From contig CDRNST010000282.1 in assembly GCA_977016875.1 (NCBI GenBank), positions 806,001 through 870,000 of the forward strand: a stretch of 64,000 nt of DNA, in the 5' to 3' direction. The position numbers were made by a program, and so were the translations under genes. The notes beneath the pieces are model-generated. The model had not been told where the DNA came from. It did no database searches and saw only the letters and a program-made list of their open reading frames with translations. Origin of the DNA: Pavona decussata (taxonomy: Eukaryota). The stretch's first letter is position 1; each line of letters opens with the position of its first letter. Shown one piece after another: positions 36,477 to 50,536 of this stretch.

Positions 36477-39152
36477 CCCATTTTTTCAGGCTTTCTTTTC
36501 TTTTCTTTTTGGTAATTAGCTATTTGGTAATTATCGGCAATAAGGTTTTTCCAACCATGCTTGTCTAGATTTTGATGAGAAATTTTAAGTTTTTCACTAC
36601 TAAAGATTAAATTTCTACACCATTTTAACACCTTTTTACTCATTCCGACTCCTCTCAAGTCAATAAGAATGGTTTGTATAGTTTTCTGCACTATTAGAGA
36701 ATAAAGAACATTCACGATAAGATCGCCAATACAAGATTATAAGACGTCATTATTGCACTTTGCAAACTTCAGAGAACATCTCAGGAACACAAAAAGAAAA
36801 AACCCAGACTTAGTTTAAAAAAAGTTACAAAGTTAAAAAATCGAGTTCACATCTATTATTTGTTACCTATTGTGAAGATTTCGTAGAGAACAACTCCATA
36901 ACTCCATCTATAAGAAAGTGGAAATAAAGAATGATTTCCTGTTAGTTAATACATATAATGACAATATGTTTATTCAGATTTCCTGAACCGTTTCGACTTT
37001 CTGTGGAAGTTAATGGGTAAAATCAGCTGTTAAACAACTCTGCTACAGTTATACTTACACATCACTCTTGGTGGTGTATGTTCCATACAACAACGATTCA
37101 TAAGCTGTCCACTTGACTGGTAGCCGACCCTAATTGTTGAAAGGTACATGGATTATTTTAGGTTTATTAACAAGTACAATCAGATTAATGTAACACTTTT
37201 TCATTATGTTTACATGATTTTTCGATTTTTCTAATCTCGTTATTGCTTTGAGAGTTTATATATGTCATTTGGAAACGGGGAAATAATGTCTCTTTTCTCA
37301 AAGAATGCAATACCTCTTCAAATTAGCGAACAATATCACAAATTTTTTAGGACTTTTCTTAGTGTATTACCCGCGTTTTCCTTTCAAAGATGTTTTCTTG
37401 CTGCACATCCCTGGCCATTCCAAAGTCTGTCACTTTACACGTTTCTCCTTCTCCAACCAATACATTACGAGCAGCAAGGTCTCGGTGGATGATCTGTAAC
37501 GAAACACTCATTAGTTCCTAATGGCTCGAGTACGCCAGGCCATCCTGATGCAACTGGTTTTTACTGTTTTTTTTTCTGTGGTTTTGTTGGAAAGTTGTTG
37601 TAATATCAAGAGGTCCACTAAGGGCATTTTCATTGCTTATGTGCCCCTTATGGCTCGTGTACGCCGGGACATCCTCGTGCAACTGACGGCTAACCTGTTT
37701 ATAAGACTTGATTTTATGGTGCCCCTTCCAATCTGGCTTTATTCATTAATGTATCTGCTAATGCATCATTACAATAGAGACTTCCCACTGTTTGTTTAAA
37801 ATGGATGAGATGAAGTCGGAATACTTTTATTCACCTTTCTGGAAGACAGATAACTCATCCCATCTGCGATTTGCCAAGCAAACTTCATCAGCTGCTCTGA
37901 TGTCAGGGTAGTCTGGGGTTTGATATCCGGGTCTTTGTAATAAGTGTCATTCAATCCACGGCTCTTCCTCAGGTAACCCAGTAGATCCCCATACGGGACA
38001 TACTCGATCAACACCATCAAAGGCTCTGAATTAAAAGAAGAGACAACTCAAAGAGTTGCGCTTTGCCAAAAAGTCGGGGGCAATTTATGTTATGTAATCA
38101 ATCCGTTGCTTCTATATAGCATACATCTCAACAGATAGTACTTCTGGAATGAAAATTGAATGCGCTGTTTTCATCATTAATCAAACTCTGGGATCGTGTC
38201 GATGGATCTTTCCAAGGCATTTGATACCTTGCCACACGAACTGCTGGGGGCCAAGCTCAAGTCCTATGGAGCTGACGGCAAAACTACCGATCTAGTTCAT
38301 GACTACCTTGCAAATCGACGTATTTTCATAATAAACTGCTATCAAACTGCTATCATCATAAACTCTGGAACCGTGTTAAGTACTCTGGGATGGAAATACC
38401 TTCCATACACGAAATAACTTCTTGCAATGGAAATCCTGTGTAAGTCGCAAATGGCTGTCTATCAGAAAAATTAAAAAAAACTACCACTGAGGAACTTTTA
38501 AACGTGATTATGTAGGATAAAACTGCTTACCAGATTCAGTGACACATCCCAGCAGTTTGATTACGTGATTATGAGGTTTTAGCGTCTTCATCAATTGAAG
38601 TTCTGATAGTAAGTCCTTCTTGTCTGTTTCGGGGGTGTTTTCTAAAAGCAAGCAATGAGGCAAATTATAACTGAGAACAGAGCGAGTTGGCAAGGCATTA
38701 TCCAGTTAACAAAAGAAAAGGTCTCCATTGGAAACAATAAATAGCATTAAGTATGGATGAAACACATCTCGTTTACGTCCATGAAACAAACAATTTTTTT
38801 GCCAATACAAGAAAACAACTCAAACCAGTTTCAAAAAAGTGTTACCTTTCAGCATTTTAATGGCAACAGTCGTGTGTCCGGACCTGAACGGAAGTTCTAT
38901 TGCCGTTCCCTTAGCAACCTGACCAAAAGCGCCTTTACCAATAACCTTTTCCACAGTCACGTTGTTTTTTGCTACTTCCCAGGAGCGTGTCTGTAGATTA
39001 AGGGGGGCGTATTCGGCAACTGGAGAAGGACTCTGTGATTGACCGTTGCGGTTTTGTAGGTCCATGTATGTAGCACCGGACATTGTTAGCTGTTGTGTGG
39101 AGCTACTTTGACCAAGATGACTGGCATTAACGTCGTCCATTTCTACTTCATT
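33472..39152 (-). CDS. Gene B tyrosine kinase domain and C-tail (9 exons)
   Basis: [15 protein letters not shown], alphaC Glu (LLSELQLM), [32 protein letters not shown]...RP; ends [15 protein letters not shown]. Confidence 0.95.
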
Positions 39153-42100
39153 CTGAAAAAGGAAACATGCTTTGTCTCTTCGTAATGTAAGTTTAAAATT
39201 AATAGACTTTATTTCAGAAAATGATTTCATACATAGGGTGAAAGGCGAAATAGAAGAACTAAGGAAAGACTTACGTCATAGAATCCTTTATCACCAGGAG
39301 GCACCTCATATTGTCTAAGGGTAGAACAAAGGTGTTTGTGAGGAAGTTAATTCTTATTTAATTCAAGACACTACTTCTTGTTTTTTTTTTTTTTTTCATT
39401 AGAAGCTAAGGCGCGCGGCGGCTTTGAACCTGAATAACTTTTTGGTGGGGCACCAACAGTCCTTCTCCCCCTTCCTCCCCCACCCCCCGTTCCCCAGAAG
39501 ACAGAACAAAAAAAGCCCGGTCTAGATAGGATTAATTTACCTTCAATAATTAGCATGACCATAAAGTCTTCCACTTTCCGTTTAACACAGAGTAAGTGAA
39601 AAAAATTGTTTAGCATCAGCAGAGGTCTCCGAGAGCCCATTTACTCAGATACAAGTGAGGAAATCAGACTTTGCTTGTAATTTTGAAAACATAATAGCTT
39701 TCCCTTTGCATTCAAAATACTAAAATTTATTGATTTGAAAATATTAATGATTTGCTGTATTCTTTCGATTAAATCCGTACCTTTTCTTTTCTTCAGTTCC
39801 TGAAAAAAGGATAAAAGTCATCGTTCAGTAAAATAAATACAAGATTCTTTGCCAGAAAGATATTTCACTGAATAATTTACCTTTCTTGCGCTGCCAAATT
39901 ATGATTACAAGGAGAAGAATGACGATCAAGGCAAGAACTCCGATGATCGCTAGCAAAATGACGTCATTGCTGGAGCGTTTACATTCTGTAAGCAAAAGAA
40001 ATAAGAAAGCATTTGAAACACGAACAAAATTTATTGAAACCTTCTCTTGGTAAGAAATTTGTCACCCCGGAACATTCCCCAACGTTACCTCACTGCCACA
40101 GCGGAAAAAACCGCTTTGTTCTTAAAATAGTAAGTAATTGACTTAACTCAAAAACAAAAAGATATCTTGAGAGTTGCTGGAGCATTATGGTTTTTTACGA
40201 AAAGCAATTTACATCCTATTTCAGGCGGTTTTGATGGAGAGCTGAAGTAGTGTATGTGGAGGTTTCAAGTGGCTGTGTGTTGGATTTAATAAAATAGTCT
40301 GCGTGTCGAGCTTTGTGCCGAGAAAGGAGGATAGCTGGTGCATGAGACGAAAACTGGTGCGTGAGACGAAAGGAGCGCGTAAGTATGAGAAGAAATTAAA
40401 TCTGCTAGTTGATTATACTGTTGCTGAGTCCATTTTTGAAACTTAAGTTTTTACAACTCTATGAAACCGTGTAGCTCCTTTCGCATAAAGGAAATACCTC
40501 CTTACAATAAGGCTGTTGTTACTGTTGTTAAGGTTTGCAAGTTGAAACATTCACTACCTACTGAAAATGGTTTTACTCAATTTACTCACTATAACGTAAT
40601 CATCATAATCTCTTGTTCTACAAAGAAATTGTAGTGTCATGAATACTCCATTTATCATGGCGACCAACTACACATAATGAATTTTATTCAGCTGTTCAAA
40701 CGTTAGCATAAGCAAAAGTAAATGTGACACAAACCCTTTACTATACCTTGTGTGCCTCCTGTGCTGGTAGGTGATGAGGAAGTGGTTGAGCACGGAGCCG
40801 ACTTAATTGAATTGGGATCCACATTAAACGATCCGAATTCGTTTTGTTCTGCAGCAGTCTTAAGAGTAGATATCACATTGCTTTCAGCTACGTTTTGATT
40901 GAATCGCAGAACAAGATCAACGATCACACTACCACACCTAACAGATAAAAATTGAGAGATTGCTCAGCTGCACCTGTTTAAAAAGCTTGCAACAAGAAAA
41001 TTAAAAGGTGAGGAAAATCATACCGAACTGCGACTCCAACACCTTTCAGGCCGAAAGATTCTAGTGTCTTCTCAACCTACAAAGATAAAAATAATAAATC
41101 GGGCCACGAAACCAGCTTCTATCTTCATCAAGAATAACTGTCTCTTGTTACGTCTAATCCCTCCTTATGAACTCAGAAAATCATAATGGTCACTTATTTT
41201 TTGCGCACGTGTAAGTTAAATATAGGAGTCCAACCTACTCAAGTTGTAAAAGGGAGCTTCAGGGATTTTTACCTTCTCTTTGGCATGTAATACCAGTTTA
41301 GCTTTGTTAACAATCGATTTAAGACAACACAAAATATTTAATACCTCTGTGCGAAACTCATCTTCTGGAAAATTATTACAGTCTTTGTTGGTTATGGTTA
41401 AAGTCACCACTCGAACGAACTCCACAGATTCTACGGAAAGAGCAAGAATTTGTCAACATAACGTATACATGTTGAACGTAATGATTTGCTAACACCAAAG
41501 TAAGCCATTTTCAATTTTGTGGGAAATATTGGCAGCCATTATTATTATATTATTATTTTATCATCAGGCTTCACTTCCCGCGCTGAAGGACACGGAGTTA
41601 CTTGGAGAAATTAACACTTGTTGAAAGAGAATCGCTTGTGCTGAAGGACGCGGAGGTACTTGGAGAAACACTTGTTGAAAGAGAAGCGTCCTATGAATAC
41701 TTCATAGCGCAAACCGGATTTAATGAATAATTAATTTCCTTTGAATCGATTTAATATATCTTTAAATCTGAGACATACTAAGCTCATTTAAAGGTTAGGT
41801 CAGAATTATTAAACAAGGACCAAAAGCGGATAGGAAAAGGGAAGGAGGAGGGGGGAAAAATGAGATGTTCATACGGTGGATGTTACTGAAAGAATGACCC
41901 CCGTGGTAGCAAGGTCACAAGGAGTTAACCTCTGACAATAGATAGGGGGTTCATTTCATTGAGGAGGCGCGGTGGTGTTGTGGTTATCGCGTCGGACTTT
42001 CGATCGGACGGTCGGAGGATCTGAGGGTCGTTGGTTCGAGGCCAGGTTGGTCTCTTCATTGCTGTGTGGTTTCCTTAGACAAGAAACTTTGCTCCACATT

Positions 42101-45100
42101 GTCTCTCTTCACCCAGGTGTATAAATGGGTACCGGCGACATACTACTAGGGGTAACCCTGCGATGGACTGGCATCCCATCAAGGGGGGAGTAGCAATACT
42201 CCTAGTTGCTTCATGCTACAGAAACCGGGCTAAGCTCCGGCCGTGTGGGCCACTTAGGCTCTTGTGCGACTTTGCCTACCTTACCTCATTTCATTGAAAT
42301 GCGTAACCTTCAGCCCTTGTCTTGTCTGTCGTGGGAAGCGGCGTGGCCTAGTGGTTAGGGGAGCCGGACGGGTAATCTTGAGGCCCCAGGTTCAAGTCCC
42401 GCTCCAAGGCCACGCTTTGTAAATAGCCAACTGATTTGCCTCCCACCAGTTGGGATTTTTAACCATGTTATTTTCAGTTTGCATATTTATTTCACTGGTT
42501 TATACTGTCCCCAATTAGCGCTGCAGCGCTAAAAACTTCGACACTTAAATAAATAAAGTCATTTATTTTTTTCTGAAGCATCTCCGTGGGCCGGAATCTC
42601 AAATCCTCGAATCTGATTGGCTAATCGCGCGCTCGTAACCGGTCCAGCTTTTTACGATACGGACCACGGTCCGGATTTTGAAGTTGAACAAGACAGGCAA
42701 TTAAGCAAAATTCAAGATTTTATTCACTCACTTCGCCCTGGTAACACTAAAAAAAAGACAACTTACGATCTGAACATTTGGCGAAGATACTGTTCCTCAG
42801 TTGGAGAGACAAGAACCTTGGAAAACGTTCCTCCTAACGAGCTCAACATTCTGCTGTGCAGATTTTTCATGGACGTCCGTAAAAAAGATGGCGGAGGATG
42901 GCGGAGGATGGCGGAGTGTACGAGCCAGGTACACTTGCATCGCTCCAGAGAAGTATTCAGCGCTAGCTCATTTGTATCTAAAGTTCGCCAGCCATCGTCC
43001 TGAAGAAATGAAGAGACCCGAGACGCCTTTCTTCCTGTCTTCCTGACAATAAACCACAAAAGAAAGCCTGCAGATCCTGTGTGGTACAGTCGAGCTCCTC
43101 TCGGAAAAAACAAGATCGGAGAATTTTTGACGAAGGCTGAGAAGAATGCAGAACTGCCTGAAAATGTAACCAACCATTCTGTGCCAGAAACCTGCATTTC
43201 AAGGCTGATGGATGCAGAAATTCATGTTTATTATGTAGCTCAGCGGAGTGGACATAAGAATACAAAAAGCTTAGATTCCTACAAAACTGCTTCCGACGAC
43301 CACCAGCGCAAGATGTCCTTGCTACTGAGCAGCGAAACGAAATCTCCCATCTCTTCAAGCGATGCACCGCTTAATCAAGCAGTCAAAGCCTTGCAGCACC
43401 CATTCAAGCCGAGAGAAGACAAGCAAGCTTCTTCAGACGAGGATCCCTTGGTTTTTTTTTTTTTCGCTGGTTCGAACATCAGTAAAATTGAAGACTGCAC
43501 GTTCAATTTCTCTTTCAATACAGCGCCTTGAAGCAGTGGTGAAAGCTCGGCTCGGTCAAAGCCGCGAAAACGCCACATTATCATCTCAGATGACTCAGAC
43601 TCAGATTAACTTGAACTTGCTTTTGGAAAGTTAGTTTTCACAAATCCAGGGACGTTTTAAACATGTAACGAACCGTTAAGAAAAGTAAACTGCGTCGTGT
43701 TTGAGTTTTCATTCATAATTTTTATCATTCGATCGATATTTTTAGACCTTTTGGACATGCGTGTCATCATTTGCAGCGTGTCAACATTCATCCACTTTTG
43801 ACGTTTGACAGATGATTGTCATTTCAATGACTCTTAAATGGCTTTTTCTTTTTTTACATGATGATTTGCGAGTGAAAATAAAATTAAACTTCCTACAAAC
43901 ATGCCACTTAAATTGATGCCCTATTTACATTTGTTTTATAGGATTTTGTTACCACTTTCCTCCTCCAGCCTTAAACTTACACTCTTACAAACGTCCCGGC
44001 GAAAAAAAAGCAAACAAACAGAAAAAAAATAAATAAGTTATTTACCGGTCTAGGTCGGTCCGTATGGGAAAAAACTGTGCCCTTGGTCTTGAGTACGGCC
44101 CTCGGCCTTCGGCCTCAGGCCGTACTCAAGACCTCGGGCACAGTTTTTTCCCATACGGACCTCCCGCCCGGTAAATAACATATATTTTTTTTTTTTTTTT
44201 GTTTTTAAACCTGGCGAGCTTTGTTCGATTACATAACATTATACGAAGCCCGTTGGCGACAAATTATTTAAACAGTTGAGAAAATACCGAGAGAAAAACA
44301 TAAAAATTCTATTCGTCAGCAAATATTTCCTAACCGATTGTATTATTAGAAATAAAGCAATTCAGCGTCCTTTAAGTGGGTCTTAAAAATGCATAATGAT
44401 TATTTCATTTCGTTCTGATGAGAAAAGCTCGGGAATGATTATTGCTTTCCTGGCTCACTTCTTTAAAGGATCCATTTTAAATGCGTCTTGAGACGTCATA
44501 TAGCCTCTTTGCTCGCGTTAACACTATTCAGCCAGCTTGGGCTTTTTATAAGTTCCTGACCTCTTCGTAACTTGTAAAATCTATGACAATGGAAGAACAT
44601 TTTTCTTTGGCGTCCACAAAATAAGATGATGATGTTACTAATTACTGACTGATTACGTTATTGATTCTCCACAGCCGCCATCTTCTTCCATAATTATTTT
44701 TTGGATCACTGCTACATGCAGTTCTCTAAAACCCCAGAAAAATATCATATTAGCTCAGAAATAATCAAAACCAATAAAGAAACCTGATACAACAAACACT
44801 TTCACAATAGAGGTAATCAAATTTAAATATCAAATTTTCGAAGAACACCGCCTTGCCGTGAACAATATACCAAATTCATAAAGTTTGGTTGTGCTTGCTT
44901 TAATATTATAAAGTTATGCATTAAATTCACTGCGCCATCGCCCCCCCCCCCCCCCCCTCTCCCCCCTGCGACAAGGCTGAATAGGGTTAAAATGAAATTT
45001 CTGATGCTCATCATCGTTCCAGCTTTGGATGCAAAGAAGAGTGTGTCATGAGACCCCAAAGTTGCTGGAAACGGGCACCGACAAATCTTTTGCGTCATCT

Positions 45101-48100
45101 AAAAAGGGGGAACATACCCAAGTAAAACGCGGCAGCAAGTGGTCTGAAAACTTGAAAAAACAGTGAATTTCTTTGATTTTACTTTTGCAAGAATATGTAA
45201 CATACCAACCAAGAGGCACTGAACAGATGTTCTTTTGTGCAGAATAATTGGGCAAGCATATGACGTCGAGGAACCCAAAATGGCAGCGCGCAGAAAGTTT
45301 AAAAGCGACAATTGGCTATGATAAAATCCAATTTTTAGAACACTTAAACGTTATCTCTACTTTTTAAAATAATCTTTGAAATTTAGGCACAATTTCCAAC
45401 AAAATTAACGCCAATTTGCTCTGAGAATGGAGGTTCCCTTTAAGAACTGTGCCTCCGTTTGCTACTGTGCATACGTTTTTTGCATCTCCGGAAGCTCCGA
45501 GAAAAGGACGGTGCCTACTAATATAAATGTATTTATGCGCAATTTATGACTATGCAAAAAGAATGATCTTAGCTAGGATTGTCGAAGTCCAAACGAATTG
45601 TGGGTAATCACGCATTTTTCAGAGATAATCAAGATTCAATTCCGAGAAAATGCCATACATTGTTATGTTTCTTAAAGCTTTTAAAATTATTGTTGCTTAA
45701 TATCTCTGAAAAATGTGTGATAACCCACAATTTTATTGTTAAATTTCAATAGCCTTTGCTAAGATCTTCTTTTCTTGCGGCCATAAACTGAGAAAAAATA
45801 CCTTTGCATAAGGAGGCACCATCCTTAAGTCACACTTTGGTTCCTAGTTTTCACAATTAGATACAAATGATTACAAAACTAACAAACTGTTATTATTTCT
45901 CTTCATAACGGTAAAACGCACTCTAACACTGACAGCATGGCCCAATGTCAACCTTATCCTCGACTGTGGACAAGCACATCAATGCACCTTACACTTTTTT
46001 GTGAAAGGTGCAGCACAATTTTTTATTAATTTATTCATTTATTTTTTATTTTTATGGGTAAATGAGGCCTTTTCTTAACTGGATCACGTTACAGATAATT
46101 TCTAGCAAATAGTTACCTTTTGAAGTAGGTTCCGATGGTTTGCCAGTGCTAGCTGTGGGCGGCAGTCCTACGAAAAGTGAGACAATAAAGAATAAGATAC
46201 TTAGGACACTGCTTTTTTAATTTTTCTTTTTCTTTTTTTTCCTCTGATCATTGATGCTAATCTGCTACCCTTGATAAAAACGGTTAAGTTTAATAACAAC
46301 GAGTTGCACAGGTTTGGGTTGCTAACCGCATCTCTTCTCAACCAAAATATCACAGCAAAAAAAATTACAGGTTTCGATTTAATTCAGCAAGAGCCCAGTT
46401 AAAAGAAAGCCAGATTTCACCAGCAAATATGTACAGGCCCGCAAATGATTCCGGCCTGCAAATGATCCTCGGACCGGAAATGATCCCCAAATTGAACTGC
46501 AAATGATCCCCGGACGGGAAATGATCCCCGATCACCTCACCATAAATATTGAATGGAATGGACTCGAATTTGGACAGTGGATTTAAATTTTATACACTTT
46601 GTTTTTTTTTCCTTAATAACACCAGTCGTTATATTAAGCTACATGCATATACATTTCAAAACTTTAAAAATTATAATGTAGCAGCTCAGTGTAACAGAAC
46701 AATTTACTTTATATAAACTGGAACATACATGCCAGTTGTTCTCTCAGGGGTGTAGCCTGCGAACGTAGACGTGTTTCCGGCTGTCGAGATTTTCTCCGCC
46801 GGAATTTTTTCGACGTCCGGAAATACGTCTACGTTCGCAGGCTATCAGGTGTGTCGCCTGAGAACAAAAAGTAATTGGGTGCGTCGCCTTTGCTTCGTGA
46901 GCCGGCTAATTAACTCTGATATATTTAGTAGAAATTTCTCCAGAGGGAGATTTTGAACTCTGCCGTTCTTATCTCGGGTGTATCGCTAGTAAAGGACGAG
47001 CAATGGGATGTGTTGCCTTTGCTTTGCTGTGTTTAATACTCGCTGCACATCGACGATAACTTTTATTTACTCCAGATTTTTCGAAGGTTTTTTGACTGAA
47101 CCGGAAATAATCGACTGCATGCAGTGAGTGAATGTTGATTGCTGTGAACTTTTTACAATGGGATGGGTGAGACTCGTATTGCACCGAAAATGTGATTTTA
47201 AACTATCAACAGCACTCCCGTAAACGATATGCCCCCTGTAGTGATTGAGAAAAAATATGGATGGCAAAATCGGTTGCTAAGGCTTGCGGCTTGCCATGGA
47301 GGGGGACAATGGTCTTCTGTAGGTCTATGCCGACGACAGTGTGTTTTGTAAAAAAAAAATAGAAAAAAAAAAGACTGGGAGTCCAACTAGCAGCAAAACG
47401 AAAACGAAAGACAAAATCAACATATTACACGATAACGTATTGGACGACCGAGGCTTAAACGTTATGCTTAAGACTAAGATCCGATTAAGAACAAAGGCGA
47501 CGGTAGTGGGTGAGATTTGACTGCCATCTGAAGCGCATTGACCGATTCTCCTTCCTTTTTCGAAAAAAAAAAATGAAATAAAATTAAACTTGCGAAAATC
47601 TTAACTGACCCGCTCTTTATCAAATTTGGAAGAGTTTTGTACAATTCGTGCACATTTTAGGCATTGTATGTATGTTACAGTTTATAGGTAAATTGTTCTG
47701 TTGTATTGTGCTGCTATATTATAACTTTTAAAGTTGAGAAATTTGCATGCAGATAGCTTAAATATAACGAGTGGTGTTATTAAAAAAAAAAGGAATTCCC
47801 TTAAGTTTAAATCCACTGTCCAAATTTGAGTCCGTTCCATTTTATATTTATGGTAAGGCGATCGGGAATCATTTGCGGTCCAATATGGGGATCATTTCCC
47901 GTCCGGGAATCATTTGAGGTTCAATTTGGAGATCATTTCCGGTCCAGGGATCATTTGCGGGCCGGGATCATTTGCGGGCCTGTACAGCTATAAAAGACGC
48001 ATACTCTTTGGGGGGTGAATAACAAGTGAGGGTGAAAGTGACCAGGGCAGACCTCCTTTATGCCAGGCATCTTGTCTGAACCCAAACGGTACGAGAAAAC

Positions 48101-50461
48101 ACAAATATCTAGCAACTAGAAGCTATATGATTACTAGAAAACAATAGCAATGTATTAGTAATAATGTCAACCAAACTATGAGTTCGAGATTTCTATCAAA
48201 TAATAGCTAATGAGGGGGCAACCGAAATCAACGGACATCTAAATCCTAAATCAAACAACATCTAAATTGAACGTTAACTTTAAATTGTAAGTAACTTTAC
48301 GCCCCGCGGGCAGTAAATGACTCACCGACTTTAAGGCAATCGGTGATAGTGTCTGTTCCCAAACTGTTACTTGCAGAACAGGTATAACAGCCAGTGTCAT
48401 CTAACTTGGTGTGCGGAAAATTCAAGGCTTTTCCAAGGGAGAGTACAGTTCCACCAGCAGTACTTCCTTTGTACCATGTGATGTTAGGTTCAGGGTTTCC
48501 ATTAACAGCGCAGTCAAAAGAGGCAGGGCTTCCACGGAACACAGTGGAATTCCGACCACTACGTGCGGCTAATGGAGGATCTGAAAAGAACCAGTACAAA
48601 AAAATATTAAATGTTAGAGCGTAGGCCTAATTACACATAAATGGGGAGTTCACCCTATGTTTGACAAATTTAGTCATAGCAGTGATTAAGTNNNNNNNNN
48701 NNNNNNNNNNNNNNNNNNNNNNNNNNNNNNNNNNNNNNNNNNNNNNNNNNNNNNNNNNNNNNNNNNNNNNNNNNNNNNNNNNNNNNNNNNNNNNNNNNNN
48801 NNNNNNNNNNNNNNNNNNNNNNNNNNNNNNNCATTAAATCCATTTAATTATTATTATTATTATTATTATTGTTATTATTATTATTATAAATTAATAACAA
48901 TAATAATAATAATAATAATAATAACAATAATAAATAGTGACAAACTTTATTAAAATCTCCTAAGAAAACCTGTTTATAAATCTTCACCTATTTACAAATA
49001 ATAATATATGACAAATTATCATTCCACCATCGTATACTAAAATTTTGATGAAATGAAAATATTAAAAGATACCTAAGAAAACTAATTCACAAGCTCAAGC
49101 CATCATTCATTTTCTAAACTAAGCGGACACACGCTTGGTTAGTGTTTAAGCGGCAGTCATCAATGAAATCCTCTAGTGGAATTTTGTGGAAAAGAGTCCT
49201 GGAACCTCTTACGCATGCGTGTACCGTCCTTGAAATCTCGAAAGAAAGCAATGCTCTAATCCAAGTGATAGTACTAGATAGTCAATGCTCATAACTGAAT
49301 TAAATCCATTTCTTCAAGGGAATGGAGAACTGAAGTTGAAGATTGGAAAATGATGCTTGAATTCGATCAAATATCCATGTAAGATGAAGAAAACCTTCAG
49401 CCTACAGGATAATTTTGATGGCCATCATACAAGTTTTGTAAAAAAAGATGTTGCTTACATTGTCTTTCATTTTCTGACGCTAACCTGTCTCATCTGCCTT
49501 ATAATTTAAAGTAATGTGGGTAGAGGGGCCAGCTGACGCCCTTAAATGTCCATGCTTCCATTATTCTCCATTGCAGGTTGCAGGTTGCTGCTGGCACTGT
49601 TTGCAAGATGGGTTTTTAGCTGGTATTACCTAAGGCGAGCCAGTAGTAAGGGCTAAATTTAGACATTATCGTACTGTTGTCTAGTCTACTTCAAAGCCGT
49701 TATTAGGGTCATCAGGCAACGCACCTGAGGAGTATTTTTTATTCACCTCCTGGCATTGTTTTGGTTTTCGCACAAGTTTTTCTACTAATTTTTCATAAAT
49801 AAAGTGACTTATTGGAGCTGTGTATTTGGCAATTTGCGATTAACTAAGAACCATTGCTCACCAGTCAGTATCAGTGATTACTGGTAGATATTTACCTTGC
49901 CACAGCACTATACAACTTGTTAAATATCAACAACTATCCAGCTCAGTTTACTTTGTTGAACGATTGATAAATAAATTATCTTGGGCTATCCATTTCCCCT
50001 GGCCTTGCTTTTTCAGGTCATACTTAATGTTGTGAGGAGTATTCCACTCTTTTAATTATATACTGTATATGTTGTACATGCCATGGATGCAATGGCCAAA
50101 ACCTGATTCGCTGGACTTGTCTGGTCATTTTCCTCCGTATGCACAGTTGCATTACAGTTGCAACACGACATCAACTTACAGAATCATGAATTTAATGTAG
50201 GACTTTCTTTCTCTTTTCTTTCTGATTACTTTCTTTCTTTTATCTAAATACAGTACCATAGAAGTTTCAGTAATTTTTAAAATTGCAATATTATAGAATT
50301 AATTGCAATTATTAAAGCTAACATTATCAGTGTCACTGAAAAGTACACTGAGAGTGTCATTTAGTCCATTGCTTACATGTATTATTACTATGATCATCAT
50401 CATCATCATCATCATCGTTATTATTAGGATGATGATGATAATGATGAGGATTATTATTATT

Positions 50462-50536
<75 letters not shown>

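Noticed and set aside
36415-36480. tRNA-like sequences (also ~1200, 24720, 25260, 34990, 41965, 42335)
   Set aside because: A/B boxes present but acceptor and anticodon stems are imperfect and each continues into a repeat body; SINE-like heads rather than tRNA genes.
38990-39075. YMDL...YAPL as an ITAM in gene B juxtamembrane region
   Set aside because: Spacer is 15 residues, longer than the ITAM consensus; kept only as possible SH2 sites.
33472-39152. Assigning the symbol RET or FGFR to gene B
   Set aside because: Kinase is similar but the ectodomain matches neither; orthology needs a phylogeny.
41580-41690. ~55 bp direct repeat (a similar small duplication at ~37520-37690)
   Set aside because: Two-copy local intronic duplication with no sign of function.
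46436-46530. Short spaced repeats (AAATGATCCC) resembling a CRISPR array
   Set aside because: Subterminal repeats of a TIR element, mirrored at 47860-47980; eukaryotic context and no cas genes.
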